Shown in pieces: positions 27,622 to 37,299 of a stretch of DNA of 64,000 nt. The notes under the pieces were generated by a model that had not been told where the DNA came from, did not search any database, and was given only the letters and a program-made list of their open reading frames with translations. The first letter of the stretch is position 1. Every line of letters begins with the position of its first letter. The DNA comes from a virus. Made by a program: the position numbers and the translations under genes. The stretch is taken from the IMG/VR virus record IMGVR_UViG_3300025132_008118; one strand, given 5' to 3'.

Positions 27622-30003
27622 ATGGCACGTACAATTCAATCTCCCGGAGTAGAAATTAGAGAAATCGATCAATCTATAAGACCTGTAGTTCCTGCAGGTA
27701 CAAACGTTTTAATTACAGGTTTTGCTGATAAAGGACCTACTGATGAAGTTATTCAAGTAACTTCACGTAGTGAGTTTGCTGATATCTATGGTGAACCAAC
27801 TGTACCAGCAGAATTATATTTTTCAAGCACCGCCAGAGCTTTATTTAATAGCCCAGCAAATGTGTTTGTTTATAGAATGCCATACGGTAAAGATAGAGGT
27901 ATTGGATTTGGTAATAATTATAGTGTTTTAGCATACCCTGCATCTGCAATTTCAATTAATGATGCAGCATCTGCAAGTGAAGCATTACCAACTTTTAGTA
28001 ATACTGGAGCAGTTAGTAGTACACGTACAGTATTAATAGGTAAACCAGAACATTTTACAATTGATCAAGAAACATATTTTAACATCCAGCAAAAAAATGG
28101 TTTTGACTGGGTAGATGAAACATCATCAAGCTTTGATACTTTAGCATCACTTGGTAAAGCAGCATTTCTAGTCATTAATAAAGCTCAGACAACAATTGAC
28201 CAATCTTTTCAAGGGTTCTATTTCGGTGCTATTGATAATACAAATTTAAACCCAGCGACAAATTTTGATGGAATCATAGATATTCAAACACTTACCAATG
28301 CAATAAGTGGTAATGCATTAAATTTAAAAGCTGAAACGTTTATCAACTTACCTACTACAAGATTAGATAATGTGCTTTCAGCGAAAAGTAGTAATAATGT
28401 AGATACATTTGGAGCTAATGATAATAGTATATCTGAGCAAATGGAAAATTTAACTGACTATGATATATCATCGAATCAGTTCGACGATACTTTATCGATA
28501 GGTTTATTTAGATTAGGGGTTACACCAGCTACTAATAATACAATTAAATTAGCTCTAAATCTTGAAGAAACAGTAGTTGGTTCGACAGATTACCATAGAC
28601 GTATTAATGATCCTCAAGGTGGTGAACCTTTACCATTCAGAATTGAAACTGAGAATCAATTACCAACAATGGATATAATGGTTAATGATTTCTTGAGTAA
28701 TAGAAATACATCAACATATTTAGATGCAGATGGTATACCTAAAACTAAGATTAGATTTGTAACTAATAAAACAAAAGATTTAACTAATAATTGGACCACT
28801 TTATCAGCAGCATATGGCGGTACAGTTAATACACAAGCTGATCTTAAAACACTAGTTGGTTCAGTGCAAACAAATGCCTTACTAGGTACTACTAATAGTT
28901 TATTTGCTTTAGGTTCATACGCTGATACGGATCTTAGTAATAAAATAATTGGTAACATTCCTCAAAAATTAGATCGACTATTGGACACAGTTGAAAATAC
29001 TGAAAGATTTGACATTGATATTACAGTCGACGGTGGTCTATCAACAATTCACTCATCAGTAAAAACATTAAACGCTGATTCATATGACGACACAACGCAT
29101 ATCCAATCCATCAGCGGTTTTCAGACAACAAGAACAGATAATACAGGTTTAAGTGATCAATCAAGCAAATATAGAGGTTATTGGAATGATGTTATAAATA
29201 GATTTGTAACATTTGCAGAATTTAGAAGAAAAGATCATATCTTTATTGCTGATTTACCCAGATCAATTTTCATTCAAGGGGATAGTTTCTTAACTTTACA
29301 AGATAGTAATAAGAACTTCTCTAGAGATATACTTAACCCAATAAAAGCATTTGGTTCTCAAGTTAATTCTAGTTATGCAGCGACATATGGTCAATGGATA
29401 CAAAGTAATGATACATTATATGGAGGTTTATCTTATTGCCCATCATCTGGATATCTTGCTTCGATCATGGCTAATACAGATGCTAATTTTGATCCATGGT
29501 TTGCACCGGCAGGTTTTGCAAGAGGTAGATTAACTGGAGCAGCTGGCTTAGCATTATTTCCAACACAGAAACAAAGAGATCAACTATATAAGATATCTGT
29601 TAACCCGATTCCTTCATTTCCAGTTGAAGGACCTGTTGTATTTGGTCAAAAGACATTACAAAAGTTACCAAGTGCATTTGACAGAATTAATGTTAGACGT
29701 TTATTCTTATATCTTGAAAAGGCTACAAAGAATACAGTTAGAAACTTTATATTTGAACCAAATACACTATTAACAAGAACTAGAGTAGTTAATACATTAA
29801 CACCTATTTTTGAAGATGTTAAGAATACGGAAGGTTTATTTGATTATCTAATTATTTGCGATGAAAGAAATAATACACCAGATATTGTCGATGCAAATGA
29901 ATTAAGAATTGATATTTATTTAAAGCCAACAAGAGCTGCAGAGTTTATATTAGTTAATTTCTACGCAACAAAAACAGGTACAGATTTCAACGAATTAGTT
30001 TAA
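27622..30003 (+). CDS. gp18: Contractile tail sheath protein
   Basis: SPGVEIREID, WFAPAGFARG, QRDQLY...VNPI, FGQKTL, FDRINVRRLF, FEPN, IDIYLKPTRAAEFI. Confidence 0.95.
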   Translation: MARTIQSPGVEIREIDQSIRPVVPAGTNVLITGFADKGPTDEVIQVTSRSEFADIYGEPTVPAELYFSSTARALFNSPANVFVYRMPYGKDRGIGFGNNYSVLAYPASAISINDAASASEALPTFSNTGAVSSTRTVLIGKPEHFTIDQETYFNIQQKNGFDWVDETSSSFDTLASLGKAAFLVINKAQTTIDQSFQGFYFGAIDNTNLNPATNFDGIIDIQTLTNAISGNALNLKAETFINLPTTRLDNVLSAKSSNNVDTFGANDNSISEQMENLTDYDISSNQFDDTLSIGLFRLGVTPATNNTIKLALNLEETVVGSTDYHRRINDPQGGEPLPFRIETENQLPTMDIMVNDFLSNRNTSTYLDADGIPKTKIRFVTNKTKDLTNNWTTLSAAYGGTVNTQADLKTLVGSVQTNALLGTTNSLFALGSYADTDLSNKIIGNIPQKLDRLLDTVENTERFDIDITVDGGLSTIHSSVKTLNADSYDDTTHIQSISGFQTTRTDNTGLSDQSSKYRGYWNDVINRFVTFAEFRRKDHIFIADLPRSIFIQGDSFLTLQDSNKNFSRDILNPIKAFGSQVNSSYAATYGQWIQSNDTLYGGLSYCPSSGYLASIMANTDANFDPWFAPAGFARGRLTGAAGLALFPTQKQRDQLYKISVNPIPSFPVEGPVVFGQKTLQKLPSAFDRINVRRLFLYLEKATKNTVRNFIFEPNTLLTRTRVVNTLTPIFEDVKNTEGLFDYLIICDERNNTPDIVDANELRIDIYLKPTRAAEFILVNFYATKTGTDFNELV

Positions 30004-30031
30004 TAACAAAGTCATCTAATTAAATAATTAC

Positions 30032-30436
30032 ATGGCAGATACCAAAGTATCAGATTTAACTCCTATAACTGTTGCTAGTGACAGTGATGTATTATACATT
30101 GTTAGAGCATCTACAGGGGGGACTTCTAATAAAATAACCTTTCAAAATTTACTAAGCGGGGTTAATGATAGTATTACCACGTTAACAACAACTGTTAATA
30201 CAAATCAAAGTACTGTACTTGATCTTTCAGGTACCTTTGAATCTGCTAATATTGACATAGGTCCTTTAACAACTACCACTCGAATATTATGTTCAGTTCA
30301 ACTTGGTTTATCAGCTGAATTAGATGAATTGTCTGATGATGTTGAAGGTACAATAGGGACAGGTTTATCTCGAGATGTAACAATAAGCGGTACAACATTA
30401 AAATTCTTAAGCGGAGTATTAATCCAAGTAACATAA
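30032..30436 (+). CDS. Virion structural protein (fibre/collar-like)
   Basis: MADTKVSDL...DVLYIV...NKITF head motif; late box at 30021. Confidence 0.5.
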   Translation: MADTKVSDLTPITVASDSDVLYIVRASTGGTSNKITFQNLLSGVNDSITTLTTTVNTNQSTVLDLSGTFESANIDIGPLTTTTRILCSVQLGLSAELDELSDDVEGTIGTGLSRDVTISGTTLKFLSGVLIQVT

Positions 30437-30437
30437 A

Positions 30438-31025
30438 ATGGCAAATAGAAAATTAACAGAATTACCTACTTTATCACCAATTAATTTTGATAGTGATGAT
30501 ATACTTTATATTGTAGATGTACAAACAGATATATCTAAAAAAATTACTTATGCATCATTAGTCGGTGATAATGTAACTGCATTATCAGCTTATGATGCAC
30601 TTAATACATTAGATATAAATTTTTTATCCGGTAGTATAGATGCTTCTAATGCGGGTATAGCTGCATTAGAAGCAGGGGCTATAGGTCAAACGACAAAGAT
30701 TACCGCAATATCCGCTGCTGTAGCTGAAAATATAACTGATATCGTAACTGTATCTGCTATAGCTGAAGCTGCTGCAGACCCGACGGAGATAAATTCTGTA
30801 CGGACGGATGTTAATATAGTTAGTACCGTGCAACTTGGTTTATCTGCTGAAGCAGATGAATTAAGTGATGAAGTAGAAGCTTTGGCAACAGTATTAGCTA
30901 CAACATCTGCTGTTACTGATAAATTTACCATGACAGCAGCTGCTACTAGTGATTTATCCGCTAGCCACACTTTCAATGTAAACTTAGGCGGTACTACATA
31001 CAAAATATTATTACGTCAAGCTTAA
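30438..31025 (+). CDS. Virion structural protein, paralog of the upstream gene
   Basis: MANRKLTELP...DILYIVD...KKITY; shared VQLGLSAExDELSDxVE. Confidence 0.5.
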   Translation: MANRKLTELPTLSPINFDSDDILYIVDVQTDISKKITYASLVGDNVTALSAYDALNTLDINFLSGSIDASNAGIAALEAGAIGQTTKITAISAAVAENITDIVTVSAIAEAAADPTEINSVRTDVNIVSTVQLGLSAEADELSDEVEALATVLATTSAVTDKFTMTAAATSDLSASHTFNVNLGGTTYKILLRQA

Positions 31026-31060
31026 TTAAATTTAGTATAAATGAATAAATATTAATAACC

Positions 31061-31606
31061 ATGGCACAGACTAGACAAACAATACAAAATTTTTATACAC
31101 AAGCTCAAGAAAAAGACTTTGCAAGGAATAATCTTTTTAGAGTTTTAAATGTAAACTTCGGCGGTGGTACAGAGATCAATTTTAATGAAGATGATTTAAT
31201 TTACGCGAAGACAGCTACCTTACCTGGTAAAGAAGTGACATCACAAACAGTACCATATATGGGATTAGATTTTAATGTACCTGGTGTTACCAAATATACA
31301 GGAAGCGCTGGTTACACTATTACCTTTAGATGCGATGAAAGCTATGATTTAAGAAATAGATTTTTACAGGTTTTAAATGATACTTTTAATGATGCAGATA
31401 GTACAGGTAATTATTTTATGCCTACAGCTGAAAGTGTTATTGACTTAGCTTTATTAGACAAGGAATTAGATAGAGTATCTCAATTCCAATTAGTAGGTGT
31501 CGCTATTAAAAGTGTTGGAGAGTTAAGTTACGATGTAACTGCTGAAGGTACAGTCCAAGATTTCGACGTTACAGTTACATATCATTACTTTAGGCAAACA
31601 GCTTAA
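31061..31606 (+). CDS. gp19: Tail tube protein
   Basis: DFARNNLFRV, LPGK...VPYMG..F.VPG, ITFRCDE, FDVTVTYHYF; followed by a terminator. Confidence 0.8.
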   Translation: MAQTRQTIQNFYTQAQEKDFARNNLFRVLNVNFGGGTEINFNEDDLIYAKTATLPGKEVTSQTVPYMGLDFNVPGVTKYTGSAGYTITFRCDESYDLRNRFLQVLNDTFNDADSTGNYFMPTAESVIDLALLDKELDRVSQFQLVGVAIKSVGELSYDVTAEGTVQDFDVTVTYHYFRQTA

Positions 31607-31623
31607 AATTTATTAAGTTGTAG

Positions 31624-31652
31624 AAAAGCTCTCTTCGTGAGAGCTTTTTTTT
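31624..31652 (+). terminator. Intrinsic terminator
   Basis: AAAAGCTCTC-TTCGT-GAGAGCTTTT plus T run. Confidence 0.85.
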
Positions 31653-31653
31653 G

Positions 31654-31661
31654 TATAAATA
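31654..31661 (+). promoter_or_regulatory. Late promoter TATAAATA
   Basis: Directly after the terminator, 7 nt before the ATG at 31669. Confidence 0.72.
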
Positions 31662-31668
31662 TATTTAA

Positions 31669-32514
31669 ATGCCTATAAAAATATTAAATTCAGTTAATAA
31701 TGCATTAAGAGGAGTTACTAACCCTATTAATAGTATTGTAGGTGGTTCATTAGCTCAGCCAGGATTATCATTATTTGGTACCAATTTACCAGGTTCTCCG
31801 TTAGTTAGTTTTAGAGATACATTCTTAAAAAGTTTAAGTCAGTGGAATACTTCTATACCTTTAAATACACAATTTATTGTATTAATAGACAATTTTCCAC
31901 TCGGTTTAACAACACGTATATTGAGAGATTTAGAACCAGTTGTCAATTCTACAGGTTTTGATATCGATTTACCTAAGGAAACTACAGCTAATTTTAAAAA
32001 TCAAGGTATGGTTGGTTGTATATTTGCAAATCAGTTTAATATTCCCGATGATACGGTTGAAGCAGATAAAGCTACAATACAAAATAATAGAGGATTTATA
32101 CCTGGTTCAGTATTAAAAAATAGAGGCAATTTTGGTAATTTTAATTTAAGTTTACGTGAAACTAATACATCATTTGTAGATTTTGTTATGAGACCATGGG
32201 TTATTATGTCGTCTCATTATGGGCTAGTTGCAAGAAATCCTAATGATCAAAGTGAAGTTTTAAAGAACCCAAAAACAAATTTAACCGTTGTGCAGTACAC
32301 TAGAAGTAAAGAAGGCTTATCTCAAATACCTAGAAAAACATGGAGATTTTATAATTGTGTACCAACATCTATTTCTACTAGAGATTACTCTAATAGTGAA
32401 GATGAAAGTGTTAAAAATTTTAACACAACTTGGACATTTGATAATTATGAAATAAGTAGTAATTTATATCTTAGTGTTTCTGAGATGTTAAAAGCTATTA
32501 ATCCTATATATTAA
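31669..32514 (+). CDS. Tube-fold baseplate protein (gp54/gp48-like initiator)
   Basis: Tube-like pattern RETN.SFVDFV.RPW, RKTWRFYNCVP, TTWTFDNY. Confidence 0.5.
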   Translation: MPIKILNSVNNALRGVTNPINSIVGGSLAQPGLSLFGTNLPGSPLVSFRDTFLKSLSQWNTSIPLNTQFIVLIDNFPLGLTTRILRDLEPVVNSTGFDIDLPKETTANFKNQGMVGCIFANQFNIPDDTVEADKATIQNNRGFIPGSVLKNRGNFGNFNLSLRETNTSFVDFVMRPWVIMSSHYGLVARNPNDQSEVLKNPKTNLTVVQYTRSKEGLSQIPRKTWRFYNCVPTSISTRDYSNSEDESVKNFNTTWTFDNYEISSNLYLSVSEMLKAINPIY

Positions 32515-33281
32515 TGAATTCGTATTACTTTGATGAATATAAGATAACTGAACTAAGTTATTTTGAATATAAAAATCTGGTTAAAAAATTGATATCAGCT
32601 GAAGATAATTCAATAGTTAATATATTTGAAGAGATAATAGATTTAAAAGTCGATAGTACGAAAAAATTAAATATTAGTGACAAAATAAAAATATTATTGC
32701 TACTAAGAAGTATTACTTTAGGAGAGGTACTTGAAATAAGTGTAAAACAAAAAATATTTAAATACGATATAAATGATATTATCGATAGCATTCGATCAAA
32801 AAATAATAAATTTAAATATGGGTCTTTAGTATTTAATGTACCGAAAAAAATTTATTATACGAGTAAATTTGAATGTTTAATTGATAATTTTTATAGTTTT
32901 GTAATTAATGGTAAAACTAAAATTATAGAAGAATATAACTATAAACAGAAAGAGATTATACTGCAAAATTTAATAGGGTTTAAAACGAAAGAACTAACAA
33001 CTCAATTTGATGAATATATATCAGATTTTTATCTAAAGTATATAAATGATATTGAAATAAATTTATATGATAGTAATTTATTAAAATTTATTAAAGGTTT
33101 ATTTGAAATCGATCTTAATGAAATGTATGATATAGAATATAACATAATGAGTCATTTGAAATTTGACCCATCAGTTTTTAATATGTATGGTTTACCAGAA
33201 TTAAGAATTTTTCTTAATAAATTTGTAAAGGAAAAGGAAGAAAGTAAAAATCAAGATAGTGGTAATGCTAGTATAACTTAA
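32514..33281 (+). CDS. Baseplate hub assembly protein (gp26/gp51-like)
   Basis: ITELSYFEYK N-terminus; MSHLKF...M.LPELRIFL C-terminus resembles gp51. Confidence 0.45.
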   Translation: MNSYYFDEYKITELSYFEYKNLVKKLISAEDNSIVNIFEEIIDLKVDSTKKLNISDKIKILLLLRSITLGEVLEISVKQKIFKYDINDIIDSIRSKNNKFKYGSLVFNVPKKIYYTSKFECLIDNFYSFVINGKTKIIEEYNYKQKEIILQNLIGFKTKELTTQFDEYISDFYLKYINDIEINLYDSNLLKFIKGLFEIDLNEMYDIEYNIMSHLKFDPSVFNMYGLPELRIFLNKFVKEKEESKNQDSGNASIT

Positions 33282-33292
33282 TAAATAACGTT

Positions 33293-34042
33293 ATGGATGA
33301 TAATTTTAATTCACTATTAAAACAGATAGAGTCAAATAAGACTAATATACTTGCTTACTTACCTACTCAACAAACTGATATTGAATTGAAATCCTTAACA
33401 GTTGACCAACAAAGTGTTATTTTGGATTCAGTATCTGATATAACCTTATTACAATCAAACCCAATTTATCTTATTATTAAGTTTAATACAGGATTTAACA
33501 ATATCATCAAACAAAATTCAGATAGGGAAGTTTTTGAAAAAATGACTTCGGTAGATAGAGCAAATATTATTATTTCTTTTAGAAAAGAAATTTCAGATCA
33601 AGTTGAACAGGATGGTGAAACTATTAATTTAATGAAGATTTTAGAACGTAATAAAACTATTAATTCTATAAATTTGGAAGAAACTATTCAAAAAGATAAT
33701 TTTACATTTAAAGTATCTATACCAACATTATCAGTAGATACAATAGTTAATAAAATTTTATCTAAAAAATTAAAAGATAATCCAACATCTGGGAATTTGG
33801 TAAGCGATATTTATCTTTATGAAATTTTAAAATTTGTAGATTTTATACAATTTGAAGACGGTGAAGAAGTTGAAATTAAGAAAGATTTCAAGAACTTACA
33901 ACTTTTAAAGAAAATAAATTTATCTACCCTTAGCCCGGTTATTAAGTTTATTGAAAAGGTTAGAAGTTATGAAGAAGAATTTATAACTATACCAAATACT
34001 CAAGATAAATTATTACTGACTCCAGATTTATTTGTAATTTAG
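33293..34042 (+). CDS. Baseplate hub assembly protein (gp26-like)
   Basis: IELKSLTVDQQ; position upstream of the tape measure gene. Confidence 0.45.
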   Translation: MDDNFNSLLKQIESNKTNILAYLPTQQTDIELKSLTVDQQSVILDSVSDITLLQSNPIYLIIKFNTGFNNIIKQNSDREVFEKMTSVDRANIIISFRKEISDQVEQDGETINLMKILERNKTINSINLEETIQKDNFTFKVSIPTLSVDTIVNKILSKKLKDNPTSGNLVSDIYLYEILKFVDFIQFEDGEEVEIKKDFKNLQLLKKINLSTLSPVIKFIEKVRSYEEEFITIPNTQDKLLLTPDLFVI

Positions 34043-34062
34043 TAAATTAATTAAATATTTAC

Positions 34063-35724
34063 ATGGCCGATGTTACAGTCTTAGAAGCTATATCTTTATT
34101 AACCAAAGTATCTGCTGATAATAGCAGCATGCTGAAGAAACTATCTAAACGTGTTGATAGTATTACACCTGGTAAGGGTTTAAAAAAGGAAAAAAAAGAG
34201 TTAGTAAAAAAGGCAGACCCGGTTATAGTAACTGATTTCGGTAAAGCTGCTGAAAAAGATTTAGCGATGCTAGCCGGAGATGCTGAAAAGGAAAGACAAA
34301 AAACTGAAACTGAAAAGAATAAAAATAATAATCTTTTAAAATTATTAGGTTTGGCAGGGGCTGCTGCTTTAGCGTTAAAATTTCTTTTTGATGGTGAAGG
34401 TTTTGTCGGTCTAACTCAAGGATTTCAAAGAGTTTATGGAAAAGTTGAAAAATTTGCAAAATCAGCAAAAGGGTTAATTGATGATATAGGTAAAAGATTA
34501 GGTACATTTTCTGATGATGTTGGAGCTAAGGTCGGTACAATCGTGGATGATGTAATGGCAAAAACTAGCACCTGGGCTGCTAAAGCTAAAGATGGTATTA
34601 AAAATGCCATGGATGATATTGGTAGAAGATTGGGTACTTTCGGAGACGATATAGCAAGAGGTGTTACAAATATTATAAATAGAGCATCTAGTATGGCTGG
34701 TAGAGTATCAACTGCGATGGCAAATACACCTGGAGCTTTCAGAAACGTCATGACTGGTGGTCGATCAGCGCCGAGAAGTCCAACATCTACGCCTAAGCCC
34801 AGGGCATGGTGGCAAAAAGCGGGGGACTTTGTATCTGATTCAGTTAGTACTGTTGGTAAAGGTCTTAAAACCGTAGGAGGTGCTATATCTGATACAGGAA
34901 GGGCAGGGATAGATTTCGTTGTGGACACGGGCGTCGCGGCTAAGGATTTTGCTAAAAATCAGATATTAGATCGCATATCAGCAGCATTTAAAATAATAAA
35001 ACCTCTTTCATTATTGAAGGGTGTAGCAAAAAGCCCACTTTTAGCACCAGCACTTGAATCATTCTTTGCTGGTAAAGATATTAATAATAATATTGATAGG
35101 TATTCTGCAGGAGAAATAGATAAAAAGGAATTAGATAATTTGGTCGGTGAACGTTTAATTAAAGCTATTACAGGTGTTGTAGGGGGAGCAGGTGGAGCTA
35201 TACTCGGTGGGATGTTAGGCGCAGTTGGAGGACCATTAGCATTTGTTGGAATGCTAGCAGGTGGAGTATTAGGGGATATAAGTGGTCGATTTATTGGTGG
35301 TTTAATTTCACAAGCATTAGGTTCTAAGACTGGATCAGTAGGAGAGTTTGCTTTAAGCTCACCTTTATTTACAGTACCACCTGGTTCAGGAGCTGCACAA
35401 TTTGATAAAGTACCTGAGGAAATTGATGATGGTATTATTACTAAGGACGGTAAAGTTATAAAACCAGATTCACAAGACACATTATACGCAATGAAAGATG
35501 GTGGACCTTTAGGAGAAGCGTTAAATAAAACGCCAAAAATGTTAGGTAAATTGATAGACGTTGAATATGATAGCTTAGCATTAATGAAAGAGCAAAATTT
35601 ATTACTTAGATCTATACTTGAAAAAACAGGTGCAGTTAACCCTGTTGGGCCTAATCAACCAAATCAAATTAAAAATTATGACCAGAGTGGTGATCCATTT
35701 AGATCACTACAAATGGGATATTAA
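34063..35724 (+). CDS. Tape measure / gp29-like hub protein
   Basis: Ala/Gly-rich amphipathic repeats, glycine-zipper hydrophobic segment GGAGGAILGGMLG, DDGII..DG motif. Confidence 0.6.
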   Translation: MADVTVLEAISLLTKVSADNSSMLKKLSKRVDSITPGKGLKKEKKELVKKADPVIVTDFGKAAEKDLAMLAGDAEKERQKTETEKNKNNNLLKLLGLAGAAALALKFLFDGEGFVGLTQGFQRVYGKVEKFAKSAKGLIDDIGKRLGTFSDDVGAKVGTIVDDVMAKTSTWAAKAKDGIKNAMDDIGRRLGTFGDDIARGVTNIINRASSMAGRVSTAMANTPGAFRNVMTGGRSAPRSPTSTPKPRAWWQKAGDFVSDSVSTVGKGLKTVGGAISDTGRAGIDFVVDTGVAAKDFAKNQILDRISAAFKIIKPLSLLKGVAKSPLLAPALESFFAGKDINNNIDRYSAGEIDKKELDNLVGERLIKAITGVVGGAGGAILGGMLGAVGGPLAFVGMLAGGVLGDISGRFIGGLISQALGSKTGSVGEFALSSPLFTVPPGSGAAQFDKVPEEIDDGIITKDGKVIKPDSQDTLYAMKDGGPLGEALNKTPKMLGKLIDVEYDSLALMKEQNLLLRSILEKTGAVNPVGPNQPNQIKNYDQSGDPFRSLQMGY

Positions 35725-35761
35725 ATTTTACTATAATTTTTACCAGGATTAAATATTTATA

Positions 35762-36937
35762 ATGCCTGACTTATACAGTTTTACATTTGATGATGATCAA
35801 ATTTTACCGATATTAACTAGAGGTGGTTCTAATACAATAAATCCCTTTAGTTATACCGGTGATGGTAGAATATATGGTAAGATTAATAATAATTCTACCG
35901 ACCCGATCGATGTAGTAACTACTTTCCCGTGGACTAAAAGCCCAACTACATCAAGACAGGATGTACCTACAGCATATATTAAAGAAAAAAGACTATTAAC
36001 TAACTCTACTTTGGCTAATTTCTTTTATAGTGTTTTAGCTGGTGCAGATGTATTAGAAAGTGCTGCTGATAGAGTGAGTAGTGGTAATATTCAAATAGGT
36101 GCTAATGAACTTAACGTATACGATACCTTAAGTGCAGCGGGGGTATCTTTTCCTGGAGTTAAAAAAGGTATATCTGATAAAGCTGAAAAATTTAGTTCAA
36201 ATGTAGAAAAATATAAAGATATGGCCACTGGTTTTTTAAGTCAAGGTAATCAAAAAGATAATATACTTAAACCTTATAACGGATTATATTATACTGAAGA
36301 TACAGGGTTTAAATATTTTTTACCATATTTAAGTAATAGTTATCTAGGTGCTGATAATACATTTTCTGATGATTCACAGAAATTAGCAGGTCTTGATACT
36401 ATATCACAAACTTTACAACAAGGTTTTAACGCGGCAAGAGGGGTTGCTTTTATGGATAAACCCGGCGTTTATGTTGAGCAGAGCAAACAATTTCAGTTTG
36501 GTCAAGAAGGTAAAACTTTTAACTTAACTTTCCCTTTATTGAATACGGGTAGTTATGAGGATGTTAAAAGAAATTGGCAATTAATTTTCGGGTTAATATA
36601 TCAAAATAAACCAGGCCGTATTAATAGAAATTTGCTAGAATTGCCTGTTATTTATGAATTTTATATTGAAGGTATGGCATATATGCCATATAGTTATATC
36701 TCTAGAATACAGGTAGATTTTATCGGAAATAGGAGAACGATGGGAATTGATATACCTAGTTTTAACAATGTAAGTGGTAACCCAACTTTAGAAGATCGTA
36801 CTTCAATTAATACAGTTATACCTGATGCATATAACGTTAGTATAACTTTTGAAGGTTTAAATAAAGAAACGAAAAATTTCCTAATACGTAGTTTAGGGGA
36901 CCCGGTAATTAAAGTTAGAGAAAGAGGGGTTATATAA
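35762..36937 (+). CDS. Baseplate/tail tube cap protein (gp48-like)
   Basis: TFNLTFPLLNT, ELPVIYEF; late box at 35750. Confidence 0.45.
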   Translation: MPDLYSFTFDDDQILPILTRGGSNTINPFSYTGDGRIYGKINNNSTDPIDVVTTFPWTKSPTTSRQDVPTAYIKEKRLLTNSTLANFFYSVLAGADVLESAADRVSSGNIQIGANELNVYDTLSAAGVSFPGVKKGISDKAEKFSSNVEKYKDMATGFLSQGNQKDNILKPYNGLYYTEDTGFKYFLPYLSNSYLGADNTFSDDSQKLAGLDTISQTLQQGFNAARGVAFMDKPGVYVEQSKQFQFGQEGKTFNLTFPLLNTGSYEDVKRNWQLIFGLIYQNKPGRINRNLLELPVIYEFYIEGMAYMPYSYISRIQVDFIGNRRTMGIDIPSFNNVSGNPTLEDRTSINTVIPDAYNVSITFEGLNKETKNFLIRSLGDPVIKVRERGVI

Positions 36938-37299
36938 TGCTTGGAAATTATCAAAATAATATTATCGATTTAAAAAATTTAGATTTAACTAGATATGAAA
37001 ATATTTTTAAAGTTTACGGTACTGGTGATAAAAATTTTTATTATTATAATATAAATAAAAAAATATCTATACCAGATAATATGGATGAAAGGTTATTTTA
37101 CCATGTCGTTTTACCTAAAGGTATACCATTAACTACTTTATCTTATAATGCATATGGTACAATTGACCTATGGTGGCTGATCTTAATTTTAAATAATATA
37201 ACCAACCCGGTGAAAAGCTTGCCAGATGGTGAAAAAATAAGACTATTAAAACCTCAATATATTGAACAAATTCTTGATTCAATCGAAACGCAATTGTAA
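36937..37299 (+). CDS. gp53: Baseplate wedge protein (gp53-like, LysM-like)
   Basis: LTTLSYNAYGTIDLWWLILILNNI.NP. Confidence 0.75.
   Translation: MLGNYQNNIIDLKNLDLTRYENIFKVYGTGDKNFYYYNINKKISIPDNMDERLFYHVVLPKGIPLTTLSYNAYGTIDLWWLILILNNITNPVKSLPDGEKIRLLKPQYIEQILDSIETQL

Noticed and set aside
34223-35480. Long alternative-frame ORFs (34223-34507, 34434-34928, 34959-35480)
   Set aside because: Shadows of the Ala/Gly-rich tape-measure gene; no promoter boxes or recognisable motifs
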